Assembly (NCBI GenBank): GCA_964016885.1
Contig: OZ024746.1
Location: 10,292,001 to 10,356,000, forward strand
Direction of reading: 5' to 3'
Length of the DNA: 64,000 bases
Source of the DNA: Eledone cirrhosa
Lineage: Eukaryota
Shown: positions 50,950-64,000 of the stretch, in pieces
Position numbering within the stretch: position 1 is the first letter of the stretch
How the letters are laid out: every line of letters begins with the position of its first letter
Translations under genes and position numbers: made by a program
Notes under the pieces: generated by a model
What the model saw: only the letters and a program-made list of their open reading frames with translations
Told to the model about the DNA's origin: nothing
Databases searched by the model: none

Positions 50950-51577
50950 GTAAGTTTCTAAAGTTACTAATTCTTTATTTGTTTATATATACCTATTACC
51001 TATGTACCCATCTCATTTCTGCTATGTCACTCACATCTCAACTCAATTCACCTTTTTTATTTTATTTAAATATTCCAAAGCAAGAAAATTTTAAAATGCG
51101 TATTTCACAATTTATTACATATCAATAAAAAAAGTTTCTAAAACCTTATCTCTACAATATTAATTTCCTTCTGAACACTCTTCGAATAAATTCAAAACTA
51201 ACTGTATTTTACTTGTACATTTATGTTTCAAACAAACGAAGAGCCATCATTATTTGCCTAAAACGATGTGTATGGTTTAAATTATCGAGAGATATTTTCT
51301 GCTTACAGTAGCATTGATTTCGATTTTCCTATATTTTAGCTTCGAATCCTCTTTGTAGAGTTATAAGTATTCTAAATAGTAATATATTTGTTGTTCGATC
51401 TTTTTCTTACACGATTTATCAATTTTCTTTCCTATTCTACAGCGATAAACAATTCTTACGCGCATGTGACAATGTAGTTGTTCCTGTAGGGGACGGTAAT
51501 TTGCAGATACACACACACTAGAATATATATATACAATGATATTAAATAAATGGAAACTATATTTATAAAACCATATT

Positions 51578-51639
51578 TATTCTATTATATATATTTCAAG
51601 GGTACCAAAACCTTTGGTACGCTTTCATCAGATAAAATA
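51578..51639 (-). ncRNA. Type-I hammerhead ribozyme motif (Penelope/retrozyme type)
   Basis: Minus strand reads TATTTTAT-CTGATGA-AAGCGTACCAAA(GGT)TTTGGTACCCTT-GAAA-TATATA-TA-ATAGAATA. The core is intact, with 8-bp stem I, 12-bp stem II (one mismatch), palindromic short stem III and an AUA cleavage triplet. Confidence 0.75.
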
Positions 51640-51857
51640 CAAAGTGTGTTTTATAAATTTTGACATAGCCAAGGAAAACATACCTTATCAGTTGAATATT
51701 CCTTGGGTAGAATAAAGAATAAATATGGTTTTATAAATATAGTTTCCATTTATTTAATATCATTAAATATCCCTTCCAGTTATATATATGTGTGTGTGTG
51801 TGTGTGAATCCCGGGTTCAATCACCTCACTACATTAGTAGAGTACATACAAATATTT

Positions 51858-51976
51858 AATATAGAAATGGCTTCTACAGCACTAGAACTGTTTCATTCGA
51901 AGGAAATCATCAGGAAAGCCCTGATGATTTCCTTTGAATGAAACAGTTCTAGTCGTGTAGAAGCCATTTCTATATT
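51858..51976. repeat. Near-perfect palindrome of a CTGATGA...GAAAC motif
   Basis: ~56-bp arms with a ~6-nt loop. Each strand reads CTGATGA-TTTCCTTYGAAT-GAAA-CAGTTCTAG. Confidence 0.85.
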
Positions 51977-54690
51977 TTATATATATATATATATAAATAT
52001 ATACGTGTGTGTTTGTGAGAGAGAAATGCATATTTAATTTTATTAGTAAATATGATTTTAAAAATTGCATAATATTCCATTGTTCGCCTTCATGCATATT
52101 TTTGCACTTTTGTTATAAAACACTCACTTGGCATTTCTTGTTTTCGTTGCTCACTTTACGTGTTTATTCTTAGTTAATTTTACATGTTCAGTATATACAT
52201 ACACGCGCGCGTCTACATTCACATATACACTCATGTACACACACACACATATATATATTCACACATACACGCTTATTTACATGATCACACGCACATATAT
52301 ACTCGCATACACACATACAAGCTTATATACACTCATTTATACGACCACACGCGCGTACACATTTACTCACACACGCTTATACACACTCATATATACGACC
52401 ACATAAACACACATATATATACCTGCACACACACACACACAACACTGTTAATCGTTTTTGTAAAAAGAAAAGAAAAAAAAAACCCAACTATTTGTTTAGT
52501 TTCAATTTCCATAATATGATCACAAGTATGATTAAACTATCGATTGTTTACATTGACTGAAGGTGTCTCTTCGTAATACAATCTATGTCGCATTCGATTC
52601 TCACGCAAGCTTCTTCACAGCGATATCTTCCGTTTCACCCTTATTTCCTTCCCAATAAAGGCTTCAAATACTTGCCCGATCTTAACCGAAACCATATTAC
52701 CCCTTATTTAATTAGGGTTGGTCTGATACTAAATAATAAACGATTGAGTAGACCTACGATAAAAACCCTTCGTTTTAATCATCATCTTGGACTACATTAT
52801 TCCAATGTGTTTTTTTTTTTTTAATGAAATCATATTTCCCGATGTTTACTTGGGGCTGATTGAATAGACCTATGATCAAAACCGCCCGTTCCAATCACGA
52901 CCACTCCGTCCACTCTAGGGACATTTGTGGATTTACATTTCTTAAACTACATTATTCCAATGTGTTTCTCCCCTTTGAAGACGGTAGAGTGTAATTTAAG
53001 TGGGATTAAGCTGTTATTTCCTGCAAGTCGAGCGACTACATAGTGGCTTTATCGACTCGTCATAATATTTTTAAATTTAGCATTTGTAAATTTATTTATC
53101 TTGCACTACATTATTTCTATTTGTCTCTCTCCTCTGAAGAGAGGAGAGAAAAGGGTGAAATTTGAGGGAGATTAAGCTGCTGTTTCGTGCAAGTCGAGCG
53201 ACTGCGTAGAGGCTCTGTCGTTGATCATGTTTTAATATTTAGCATTAGTAAATTTTCCCAATGAAAAAAATAAAACGCCCAATAAGGATTTGTTTTCACG
53301 ATAGTCAAGATAAGTTGAGGAAGGGAGAATCGATCCAGTATCTATGTTATTGACAGTAATTATTTGTTGTCCCCTGGAAAGCAGGCAAGAAAGTCAGTCT
53401 GACCAGGATTGGAAATTCAAGACTAAAGACGACGAACTAGATAACACAGAAACACTGCTTAGATGATTTATTTTGGTCAAATATTTGTAGGGCACTGTCG
53501 ACTGGAATTGACTTTATAGCAGTGAAATACTCTCAAATATCACCTTACCGTCTAAAAAAAAATGGAAGGACGCATTGGATATGCATTGTCTGAAAATAGG
53601 ATAGAAGGTGGTGGTTATTGTTGGAGCGCTTTCATCACAGATTTTGTTTTTACCCTGTAAAATGTCGAAATTAAATATTTGGTTAATACAAAAAAAAAAA
53701 AAAATTATTATTATTTTCCATCTCTGTTTTTGAAACCCATTTTTTTTTTTGTAATATTCTTCCCCACATGCGTCGCTACCTTTGTCAAAATAAAAGCCTG
53801 TTATTATTATTAGACTGGGATAACTGCTGGCCTTGTGCCTATTGTGGAAACAATTATTAGTAGTAGTACCAGTAAGGCAGTGGGGTAGATTTAATCGACT
53901 TTCCCCATCGCGTCAAATTGCTGGCCTTGTGCCTATAGTAGAAATGATTATTATTATAGAAATGATTATTATTATTATGGGGTCGATAAAATAAAGTACC
54001 AAGTACCAGTAATGCACTGGGTAATTGCTGGCCTTGTGCCAAAAAAGTAGAAACAATTATTATTATTATTCATCGTTCTTTTTACTCCTGTGAAATGCGT
54101 ATCACGACTCCCACTATATTTCCCTCTAAATCAAGCATTATGTTTATGTAATAGATTTATATTATTATAATTTCAAAGCAAATAGAAAAACTAAAATTAA
54201 AGGAAAATCTTTATGTATTTGCATTAGAGTTAGTAGTATTGGGTTGTCGATAAAAAAAAACTGGCTATATGATCGTTGAAATGTCTGTGCCCATAATTTT
54301 CAACTTTCTCCCCCTCCCCCTGTCTCCTTTCCTTTTAAGGAACCGATTGATTGGTGAACGACTCACTGATTCTTAAAATATATTTTCTGCTACTATTCCG
54401 TAGTTAACTAACCTGAAAATATTTGACGTTGATCTTTGTAGCTTAAACACGGTCCTGCCTATTTTCACACCCTTTTCTAATTATCTAAAACACTAATTAC
54501 CGTATATAAATCTTAACTTGTTTGTGTGTACTCTATCGATGTCTGTTGAAATATCAAATTCTTGTGGTGAGATCAAATTCTTGTGGTGAGCATCGCTTTC
54601 CCCAAGAACTAAGAATTGTGTTAAATCAACTGCGTAGTCTTAAAATAGTTTTTGTTTTCATAATGTATCGGATATTTAAGTCAGTGTGTG

Positions 54691-54727
<37 letters not shown>

Positions 54728-55771
54728 CACACACAACATTCTTCGTGTCTACTGAATAACGTAAATTTGTAAATATATCATTCACGCGTGTGTAAATAAA
54801 TTCGGTCAGTATTTTAAGCACATTAATCTCGCGTATTACTGACTAAGCATTTTTGTCAATAAATCACGAAGATAAGCTAATTAAATGCTTATATTAATAA
54901 ACTAGTCTGAGTTTACTCACTAACACATAACCAGTCACGTAACAGTTTTACAATGGTGTTTTTTAAATAGTTTTTTTTTTTAGTCATGAGTTGTCTGATG
55001 CTGTGAGGATTTACCGGTAATGTATGTATGCGTGTGTATATATAGATAGATATAGATATTTATATACAATATATACACTCTACTTTCCCAAATATCGAGT
55101 ATTTACTGAATACGATCTTACTTGTCTAAACTGGTAACTCGCAATCTATATATATATGTGTGTGTGTATATATATATATATACACACACGCCGCGCGCGC
55201 GCGCGCACACACACACACACACACATTCCTTCTTCTATCACTTGTGGTTGCACACGAGGGATACATTTTGGCTATTTATACTCCATACATCCTACCATCA
55301 ACCTCTCTCTGCCACCGGGCCATCCCCTTCTCTCCTCATTGAGATTCATGTAGATACCAATACTCTCTCCAGTACTATCTCTTCCATATACTCTTACACT
55401 CTTCTTTCAATACTGTTGCTCCTCTGTTACTTACTCCAACAGTCTCTCTGCCACCCCCTCCATAGCTTTCTGCCCTAGTACTTCTGTCATGCTCTCTACT
55501 ATTCACCTTCCTAATCATGTGCTTTGAACGGGCAGAGACAACGTTGAATAATAAGTACCCCTTTCTTACAAGGTTGAAGAAAAACTCACTAGTGTTGGCA
55601 CCACTACACTGAAGGTGTTTGGCATCCATGTGTAGAAACAATGCCAAAATGGACTGCATAAGCAAAATGAGATTCTCTGATTCATCTGGTCTCAGACAGT
55701 GATAGATTGTCCAATCCATGCCAGCATGGAAAACAGACTTAATATGATTATATATATATACATACTGGACA

Positions 55772-56345
55772 AATGTCACTGGACCGAGACCTTTGGCGGT
55801 ACTCAGTAATAGAGAAGACCCGCCTTACCTAAATACAAAGTAAAAACCTACTACAGTCAGTAGGCATCTCTATCAAAACACCCCCCCCCCCCCGTCCCAC
55901 CACGTCCACCCCATCCACACCGCCCCTTTCAATGTACAGTTATGTTGGTCCCACAACATCCAGGCCGAAACAAATGAGATCGTGTAGGTGTCACGACAAA
56001 AAAACACAGTCCACGCTGTAAATGTGGCCGTGTAGGCAACACGGTAAAAACCTCCCAGCCCCACACTGTAAATGTGGTTGGTGTTAGGAAGGGCATCCAG
56101 CTGTAGAAAACCCGCCAGACAGTCCACGCTGTAATGTGGCCGTGTAGGCAACACGGTAAAAACCTCCCAGCCCCACACTGTAAATGTGGTTGGTGTTAGG
56201 AAGGGCATCCAACTGTAGAAAACCCGCCAGACAGTCCTATGCGAGCAAGACAACCACTCTTGCCTCAAGTGGGAAAACCCCCGTCCAAACCCATGCAAGC
56301 GTGGAACACGGACGCTAAACCTGATGATGATGATGATGATGATGA
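55772..56345 (+). mobile_element. RTE LINE 3' end with an internal ~113-bp tandem duplication
   Basis: Colinear with 44607-45050. The segment 56006-56118 repeats at 56119-56230, and a (GAT)n tail follows. Confidence 0.88.
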
Positions 56346-56689
56346 CATACATACAAAACACACACACACACACAAAGCATTTTAAGGCCATCGTCCTTGC
56401 AGGGTTGATGTGTGCATCATTTTGGTATCATCACTGTGTATGGTTAAATGCAGGCGTTTATCTAGTGTATTTGATGTTGTTGAGAATTGAAGATTTTGTG
56501 AATTAGCCCTCCTCTTCTTTCCACCTTTAATGACTGCAATCCAAACTTGCTCTGCAACTGCAGGTGTTTGATACTTACTCAACCAAAACCAACTCTGGTT
56601 CTATGAAACAACACCAACCATTTTAAAGGGTTCCTATGTAAATTAAACTCTTAGAACATAGTCTTATATAAGAAGCGTATATTAAGTTG

Positions 56690-58340
56690 CTATCTTAGTA
56701 TAATGAAAAAATTAATAATTTTAGTAATTCTCTCCCAATTCTTCATTAATTAATTGAAATAGAGTGCATTCTGTTAGAAATGCAGTCACAAAAATGTTAA
56801 GCCTTCTAAGAGTGAGATTGACAGAATTAGTAAGTGTATTCTTGACATTAATGCTGAAATCCAACAGGCAATTGTCCTAGTCTGAGACTACAAGATTGAG
56901 AACAAGTCAGTCTGCTGATTTACCCAGTTTGATATTGGGGACTTTTACCCTACCATATTCAAGCCTTGCTTATTGAAAGCTCTAAACCTTAAAATTTGGG
57001 AAACAATTTACTAAAATCAGTGACCTCAATATCAGAATATTTCTGAACACCAGAAAGTCACTGCTGTTAACTCTGTTCGATGTATCCATATGGTCCTACA
57101 TGAACAAGCTCAAGAAAGATCTACTAAGAATTTTCAAAGATTCTGACTTAAACATCACAGTTAATCATGGGTTTATCTAAAGTTGACTTCCTGGATATTA
57201 TTGTGGACCTCAAAACAGGCAAGCACTACCCCTTTAGGAAGCCTAATAAAGAAACAGTAAACATACACAAAAACTTCAACCACTTTTCAGCTATAGTTAG
57301 AAACCTAATGAAAGGAATCGGTAAATGAATCTCCAGTTTATCATGTGAGATATCTCCAGCAGGGCTGCATCCCATTACAACAAAGCACTGTTGAGAAGTA
57401 TCTGTAAGAAAACGCTAGTATGCATGAAGGATCTCCCACCCACCCAAGGAGAGTTAGAAAGAGATATATAAATTGGTTTGATCCCACATTCAATCCAGAC
57501 ATATGGAAACATAGCTAAGAACTTGCTGTCTTTTATTAGATGACACTTCTCAAATAATCACAAATACAAGTTCTTTACCATCTATTACATTATGGTTAGC
57601 ATGGTTTCTAACATCACTGAACCCCCCCCCCCAAAAAAAAAACAACACCCATCCACATAGACCTCACCACATCTAACTACCAAAACCTTATAAATAGTCT
57701 TCTGTGGTCTATTGAGTCACCCTTACACCATCAGATTATATCTAGCGGAACTATATGGGCCTAACAGTCAATGGTTCTAAGGGTAGATTTACTCAACATG
57801 TAGACTCTCATGGGCATGTTTCAGGGAAAATTCCACCTCTTTGTCTCATTTCATTTGGAGGCTTTGAGACCAAGGAACAACATCCTCAGTATTAAATGGA
57901 TCATCCTGGATAAGACAACCCTTTACTGATCGGGATGGGAGGTGCACAATCAGCAATTTTGCCTCCATAAATGTTGTACATATTGCAGCAACCTGTGACA
58001 TCTATCAGCAGGAAAAACCAATTTAACATTTTGCTGCCAATTTCAAGCCTCTGGATATCCATCAAAGACTAGCTTAGCTCCATCATTGTGTATTTACAGG
58101 ACAGCCACCTATTTATCTTTGGACCAGCATGTATACCAAACGAAAACTTTCATCTATTCCCAGCAACATCAAATACACCAGATGAATGCCTACATTTAAA
58201 CTCACACCTGCAGTGTGTGAAAGAGACAACCATTAACAATAACAACCTTCACCAACACCTTGTATCTTTTGTTATTTACCAGTGGGTTTGTACCCATGAC
58301 AAATTTGGTGAAAGCAGTGTTGTGGCCCTTAAAATCAGAA
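56690..58340 (+). mobile_element. Decayed Penelope-like element (RT plus GIY-YIG) in Rab40 intron 1
   Basis: VDFLDI...HYPFRKPN, WFDP.FN and STSLSHFIWRL...IKWIIL motifs. The 3' segment 58151-58199 has an inverted copy upstream at 56444-56492. Confidence 0.75.
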
Positions 58341-58939
58341 AAGCTTTAAATTGTCAGGCAGGTTAATCTCCTATGAAAAGTGCCTATGGCCTCTATCTCT
58401 CTTCTGTCTCTTGGATTGGTGGCTCTGTCAGAGTGAACTATTATAGTGTGTGTTGATGGAGCTCTTTCTCTAACCTGTTCCCTATCAACTGTAGTGTGCC
58501 CCTGAGTTTGGTCTTGTTCTTCGTCCTATATGTCAACCTACTTACTGTCACCAACAACAATACCATCCTTTATTCCTCCCTAATCTTGTTCACTTAAGCA
58601 TCATCCACATGCAACTTAATTATCTTCAACCAAATCTGTACCAATTTCCAACTGGAAATTGGTAAAAAAAAAAAATCATTACATAAAGGAGTTATGAAAC
58701 AAAAACTATACTCTTAATGACACTTAAAACATTTTAAATATCAAAATATTAAAACCTTATAAATATGTATTCCACATATGAAAATTTAAAAAGCATACCA
58801 TCTAAACATAATGTGTTGATTAGCTGCCTTGGGTTATTAACGGGGTTTGGATGTTTGCCCATTCCTTAAACATAAAATAAGGGGTCAGCTTATATTTGAG
58901 TATATACAGTAAGTTTAAATTAGAAATACCTGAATTGGT

Positions 58940-58972
<33 letters not shown>

Positions 58973-61061
58973 CTTGAGGATGTTAACTACACTACAGAAG
59001 CAGTTTTGTTAATTGGTATTATCTCATTGTGTTAAGTATTTTCCAACCAAGTAAATCTGAACAAGTGTGTACAGCTGTTGGTTAGAAATAGACTAGAAGC
59101 GAAAATAAGCTTTTCTAATTTACCTTTTTTTTTTAGACAAATTAATTTCAGTTTTGTAAAAAAAAGAAGTGGGTGATAATGGTGGTGGTTACAGAAAAAA
59201 ATCATAATTGCTTATCATATATAATGAATAAATATGAGTATTTTTGAAAGATATTTTCGGAGAACCACAAGATTGCTAATTTCTCCAGACTTATCAAATA
59301 GTGAAAATCAGCTTTGATTCACCTGTTATTATTAACACTATATTATATAAATAATCTTGCTATGAAAATCACAACTTCGTCCCAAACACCAGATTAATAA
59401 CAAGAAAGTTATTTTAGTAAATATGTCCAAATTCTTGATTATTTTCAAAAATATTTGCAAATCATAAGCAGTGTCTTTCATTAGAAATAATAAAAGGGCT
59501 AAACACTGAAAGTATCTTATTAACCCTTTTGATATCAAACTGCCTGAAACTACCCCTAAAACTGTTTGAAAATGTTTATATTTATCTAAAAAATGTCCAT
59601 CATAATTTTATGTAAGATACTTTATTAATCTATGTTCCAAATGATAATTTAATAAGAAAGTTGGTTTAGTTACATTACTAAATCCTAAATTTTTTATAAT
59701 TTTTAAAATTATTATAGACAGTGTTTTTCATTAGAAATATGGTAATGAAAGGGCTAATGATAATGTTAATTATTCACATCTAAGGATGAAAAATGAAGAT
59801 TACTTGAGTGACATATATTATTTGAAGTCAATTTTTTTAAATATAGGAGATCAGGTTTATTGACTGTTATTTGACCCAAGCTTAACTCTTAACATCTTGT
59901 ATGACGTGAAACTACATTAGTAAAACATTTTTGTGGTGTTCAAAACTGCATTAAAATCTTTATATTAACACTGCAAATTTTCACAAAGTTCTGTCCACTA
60001 GTAAAGATACTATAAACATTTGAATTAACAAACTCGTTTTTAGACATTTTTGCTAAATCATTACAGGATGCTAAGAGTGAACTTTCCAATGTTTCCCCCA
60101 CTGAACTCAATGTCATCTTCAATTAGATTTCTTAAATTCTTTATCAGAACCAGATGCAAAAATGTGGACATTAGCAACACAACCAGATACACACATTATT
60201 TTGAGGTATTTTCTTCAAGAAAATTTGTTGAATTGCATTAGAACAAAACTCTTGTATCATCAACATGGAAGATGAAATGGGTGGTGGTAGGGAATTTTAT
60301 TGAGTAGAACTAGTACAAATAATTAGTCTTTTTATAAAGTTGGTACAAATGCCAAATTTCACAATCTCTGATCTTTTGGAGTACCTTCATCATTATAATT
60401 TTATGTTTATTGTTCAAACATTCCATATTTTGACATGGTTTTTTTATGGCTGAATACCCATTCAAACAGTAACCACTTTACAGAGTGGACTATGTGCATT
60501 TTATATATAAATTTTCCAAATTTGGATGCATTCCCCCAAACTAGGCTTCTTCTTTAGTACTGGCCATGTCAGGAAGTACTGTTCACATATCTACGATGGT
60601 GCTGCTGCTACAGACACACATGCATATTTACCCACATGGACACTCAGTGTTTCCAAGAGTACTTACCAGATTTTCTCATTATTTATAATGATTGTCTTTT
60701 ATAGACAGTCACTATAAATAATAGAGAAAATGGACAGAGGCACCTGTGAGGAATTGAACCCTGCATCTCTTCTCTTGAAGAAATTGGCTAGAGAGGGATG
60801 GCTTCTGTCTTGTTTAAAATACACTCCTTGGTCTGTTACGAGTCAAGACAGTTATACAAGTACAGCACTAACCCTTATCCTGTTCTTTTGAGTATTATTA
60901 GTACAGAGTAATTGGATAGTCTAACTTTTGTTTGAATTTGTCATGTTACAATGCTTCTTATACCCGACCCACTATCTGTGTGTGTGTATATATGATGGGT
61001 TTTGTATTGGGTAGTACACAGAATTGGGATAGCTTATAAACCACACACACACACACACATA

Positions 61062-61112
<51 letters not shown>

Positions 61113-64000
61113 TTGATATAGATTAATAGATAATTGAAAAGGGAAGTAGGAAAATATAGGTTCATAGTTTTTCCTTTTCAAATATGTATTCAAGTTGTGT
61201 TAATGAAAATTTAATGCTCTTACTATCCTAGTAATGAAATAATTAACAATTTTAGTAAATCCTTTAAAGTGCTTAATTAATTAATTGAAATATAGTCGTG
61301 AAAGGGTTAAGTTAGATGTATTGATTTGTCTTTTTTTTTATCTGTATTTATTTATTTTTTAAATTCTTTTTTGCATATTTGAAATTTAAAAAAATGTATT
61401 ATTTTGGATAAAATAAAGCACCAGTTAAGTATGGCAGTCAATTTAGTCAGTTTACTCCACCTGCCAATGAACAAAACAAAAAAAACACAATTGCTGGCCT
61501 TGTGCAAAATTAGATATCTTCATTTATCAACATGTCCTTGTTGCTAAACACATTCTAACTTTTGAACATTTTGTACTCTTATGGCCAAGTTTGCTTTTCA
61601 GCCTTCCAAGGTCGATAAGATAAAGTACCAGCAAGCACCGGTGGAGTGTGTGGGGGATGATGTGATCGATTTATCCTTCCCATTAATATTTTTGGCTTTG
61701 TGCCTATATTAGATTAGCAGTACCAGTAGAATGTTGGACAACATGCTTTATCACATATAGTCCAGCCCTTTGTTTTGAGTTCAAATCCTGTTGAGGTTAG
61801 CTTTGTCTCTCATCCTTACGGGGGTCAATAAAATAAAGTACCAGTAACATTGTACTGGGGTTGATTTAATCCACTTTTCCCTCCCCCAAAATTGCTGGCC
61901 TTGGGCCTAAATCAGAAACCATTATTATATGAGTGGTGGATTGGCAAAGCCATAAGAGCATTGGATAATTGCTTATCTGTTCTGGTTCTTTGTTGAGTTC
62001 AAATCCCTCTGAAGTCAACTTTGCCTTTCATCTTTTCGTGGTAGGTAAGATAAAGTACCTGTCAGGTACTAGGGTCAATATAATCCACTTTCCCCTTTCT
62101 TCAAATTGCTGGCCTTGTACCAATGTTAGAAAAAAATTATTATTATTATTGTTGTTGTTAACTTTAAAAAAAAAATTTTCTGCAATGTCAAAGAAGTGGG
62201 ACTGATGCCACAGACTCTCTTCAGATGCACTTACCTAAGAATTAATAGAATCGTATGGGATATATCAAATTTATTTAGTGCACTATGTAATTGAACTTAT
62301 TTCTTTTACGCATGAAACGTAATATGTTTCTTGGTTATATGAATCTCTTTTTCCTGTTTAGTTGACAGAAAGCTTAATGGACCTCGCATAAGATAGTTGA
62401 GGGAGAGTCTCAATATCAGCTAATTAATCTAAGCCATTGAAAAGTAATGGAAGCAAGTCAAATTGCACATTTATAAACAATGTTTTATCAATACATTAAG
62501 TTCCAGTTAAAAACAAGTTCAGTTAGTACAGTGATATTGATCTCTTTCTGCCTTGGCAATAAGACCTTAGTTATTGGAGCCAACCAGGGAGTCTTTATAT
62601 GGTCGTTCAACCTGCTAGAAAAAGCATCCAAGTCTCCTGCAAATCACACACTACCATTTAAAAAAAAAAAAATGGTTGCATTGAATAAAGTAATCCAAGG
62701 TACACTGTTTCTGGGAAAATTACTAAATGGTCATGTCTTGAATACCTTGAATCATAGATCAACTTGATCAAGACTTATCTGGAGCTAATCAACAGAAATA
62801 ATGTTAATCGTTTATTTAGAAGAGTGTATAGTAGTTCAGATCTTTCTAAACTGTTGTCTCAACACTTTAGTATGCCACTGATATTCTCTGGGTGTCTCTT
62901 AAAATTAACCTTTCCGATACCAAACTGTTTAAAACTGCCCCTGGTTCTACATAATTAAACTTTTTATTTTAAAGAGTTTAGGTTTATCTAACTGCCTTCC
63001 AGCATAATTCTGTGTGAGAACCTTTAGTAAGATGATGAGAATCTTAGATTACTAAATCCTTCCAAATTCTTATTTTTTAAATTACTTGAAAATTAAAGGC
63101 AGTGTCTTTAATTAGATATACTGGTATGGCAATGAAAGTGTTAAGTTAAATCTGACATCCCAGGTAATTATTTCCTTTATATGTACTCTGCATTATTTGG
63201 CATCACTATCAAAATTAACATGTGAAAAATTTATTTTCAAGAAGTGTGTTGCCTATGTGAACATTTGGAAAGCTCTGGTATAGTAAATTAAATTGAATCC
63301 AAAATATTTAATGTATATTTTTTATCAATCAGTATCAATCACTCCGAGATTATGAAGCAAAAGTCAATTTCAGCAACATTTGAACTTTGGACATTTATTT
63401 AAAAAACTAGATACTAGTCTGGTATAGTAAGTTGAATTAAATCCAGAATGTTATAGGTACTTGTTTTTTATCCATCCCAGAAGTTCATTATCATCGTCGT
63501 TTTACATTTGCTTTCCATGCTTGCATGGGTTAGACTATGAATTATAAAAGCAAAAGTGAATCATGGCAAAATTTGAACTTTGAGCATTTACTAAACAAAC
63601 TAGATACCTTAAAGTCTTGTTTGACTATTATTGTTAGTACTATAATGATATTCTAATATGATGTTACCTGAATCCTGTATAATAAACCTGATGATGGTGC
63701 CGATCAATAATATCCACTTTACTAAAGTTTCTTACCTAATTAAAGAATCATTTTTTTTTAGTCTTGTAATGAGTACATCACATCAGATAACATGTTAACA
63801 TATAGTATTGATTTCTGATAAAGGTTTTGTTATACAACTATAAATAATCCCTTATCTCTATCTCATTGAAGTTATGCTAACATATATTGATTGCTACTAG
63901 AATTGGCCTGATCCTGCAAAAGTTTTTCAAATGAAAATAAAGTTATCTTTCTGATTTCTTCTTAATTTGTGAATATATTTTTCATGCTAGTCTGTGCAAT

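Noticed and set aside
50950-51128. C-terminal half of the 112-aa Rab40 ORF
   Set aside because: It is intron read-through past the GTAAGT donor and has no GTPase motifs.

Overview
AT-rich, microsatellite-dense animal genomic DNA. The repeat content (RTE tails ending in (GAT)n, tRNA-derived SINEs, long TA/CA runs) suggests an octopus or other coleoid cephalopod, which is an inference. Two host genes lie head-to-head. One is a 9-exon PALB2-like gene on the minus strand (39421->26408, ~759 aa by my manual exon join) with an N-terminal coiled coil and a C-terminal WD40 domain. The other is the first coding exon of a Rab40 GTPase on the plus strand (50790-50949). Downstream of PALB2 (~4.5-26.4 kb) is a dense nest of transposon copies and fragments from about 12 lineages: R4/Dong, IR/DR Tc1, Penelope-like, Gypsy, R2-like, hAT, Tx1, CRE-like, piggyBac, RTE, Merlin and mariner. 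Nearly all of these read on the + strand, antisense to PALB2 read-through. Other notable items are several fold-back elements with type-I hammerhead ribozyme cores (one apparently intact at 51578-51639), a Merlin element whose TIRs include the end of its own transposase CDS, a 38-copy 27-bp minisatellite and a tandem SINE array upstream of PALB2. All family assignments come from motif recognition by eye; no searches were run.
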